Below, piece by piece: positions 62,901-64,000 of a stretch of DNA of 64,000 bases. Source of the stretch: Phoronis australis (lineage: Eukaryota > Animalia > Phoronida); NCBI GenBank assembly GCA_002633005.1, contig NMRA01000770.1, positions 30,352 to 94,351 of the forward strand. Direction: 5' to 3'. The notes under the pieces are model-generated. The model saw nothing but the letters and a program-made list of their open reading frames with translations, made no database searches and was not told where the DNA came from. Positions within the stretch are counted from its first letter, which is position 1, and every line of letters starts with the position of its first letter. A program made the translations under genes and the position numbers.

Positions 62901-63936
62901 GTATAAATTGTAGTTCATTAAATGCACAGACTTGTCGAAACTTAGCATGGTCCCAAAACCCTTACTTCCATTGAAAGGCATCGTCCATGGCGAGGCTATG
63001 GTGGCGACTGTCGTGGGTGGCGCGGAACAGTTGAGTAGCAGCGCTTGAAGGTGGTCTCGTCCTTTCTGGAAATGTGAAAGACATGTTGCGGGTCCAGGAT
63101 GTTGCAAAGAGGAGTACTCTTCGTTTATTTCGTAAGCTGATCTATATGTACTAAGCCCACCACTAATGACTACCAAAATTGATGTTTGTTCGAGGATCCT
63201 TCCTCGCCAGTCGTGACGCGAATCTCTCACCTGTTTGATTTATCATCTCCTCATAAAAGGACAGACAAGATGAGCTGCAAAGTGCGTGGTTTACTAGCTT
63301 AATAATGGTGAAACATATATCTACTGAAGGCACCTTCCAGTATAAATTCAGTTTTCAGGAGGTAGACCGGAAACGTATCTCTGCCTTCAATTCAAGGAGA
63401 TGATAAATGAATGGGGCAAAACATGAGCGGCGCAGACCTAAAGACAGTGTGCGTGTGGGGGGGTGCACCGCCCATAGACCGTGGGCTCCGGAGCCCTGAA
63501 AAAATGGGGGCTATTGCGTTCCCTATTCAAAACAAAATTTCTGACTAAAATGTGTCACTGTGATGTCTTAAACTTTAAACGGTGTTAGGGCGTACAGGTG
63601 AATGACCTCGCAATGTAATGTTACTGTTGAGGGACAGCATCGGATGCTCTAGCCCACTATCATCCCATCCACAGAGCTGACTAAAAGCGGTTCAGTGTTA
63701 GAAGTGTAACCCCCCCGGTTCAATGATGAACGTCTTGGTGAACCCGTTATAACTTTCCCCGTAATGCTCATATTTCAAAGTAGAAATTTTGCCCTCCGTC
63801 GTTCCCGACAGCGCTTCTTCCCATTTGTTGGGATACGGGCATTTTTTCACGAGTTTCAACCCTTTTCTTGCTGCGCACTGCGTTTCCCTTTTGAATCGCA
63901 GTTCTGATGACTGGCACGTGCTTGGTACAAACCGAA
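59962..63936 (-). CDS. Uncharacterised Cys-rich protein, 3' exons only; possible degenerate vWA-like segment
   Basis: Exons 62966-63230, 62429-62645 and 59962-60208 join in frame via GTAAGG and GTAAGT donors and CAG acceptors, giving ...NWCLDYRNLCAHLGRQPIGCHVGYNYINGVQA/CIRYNV...TVYTVCS*. A further candidate exon at 63658-63936 needs a -1 correction in a G7 run. The 5' end lies outside the window. Confidence 0.7.
60575..60614 (-). ncRNA. Second minimal hammerhead-like motif (mirror copy)
   Basis: The minus strand reads TAC-[TTGAGAA]-T-GGTT-CAAAGTAATA-AACC-[GAAA]-CGTC-GGA. Confidence 0.5.
60796..60834 (+). ncRNA. Minimal type I hammerhead ribozyme-like motif (U3-A8 core variant)
   Basis: TTC-[TTGAGAA]-T-GGTTT-ACGTAAT-AAACC-[GAAA]-CGTC-GGA. 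Confidence 0.55.
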
Positions 63937-64000
63937 CTACGACAGGTACAAGAACAGTTTACGCCCATTTCCTGTCAGTGGGGGGTGGGGGACGGGGTGG

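Overview
Draft eukaryotic sequence, AT-rich and intron-rich with GT-AG splicing, three N gaps and several single-N joins. It looks like a marine invertebrate, possibly a lophotrochozoan, but that is inference. I reconstructed four protein-coding genes by hand-splicing. (1) A 7-coding-exon rhomboid intramembrane serine protease on the minus strand (2672-9714). (2) Head-to-head with it, a 22-exon M16-family (HxxEH) zinc metallopeptidase of the uncharacterised C05D11.1-like type on the plus strand (10965-57228). (3) A rhodopsin-class orphan GPCR with an intronless CDS, nested antisense in intron 17 of the peptidase (42608-43630). (4) The 3' part of an uncharacterised Cys-rich gene on the minus strand (59962 to beyond 63936). 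Two apparent segmental duplications (peptidase exons 6-11, and 44.0-47.8 kb) are best explained as both haplotypes assembled in tandem, each split at a polymorphic Helentron-type (HINE) insertion. Introns are full of MITEs, HINEs, a LINE 3' end and minisatellites. The most interesting signals are a 350-bp palindrome with a Penelope-type minimal hammerhead ribozyme motif on each strand, a HINE family whose ~145-bp internal repeats each carry a CTCF-like motif, and minisatellites that amplify splice donors. I cannot claim a wholly new system with confidence.
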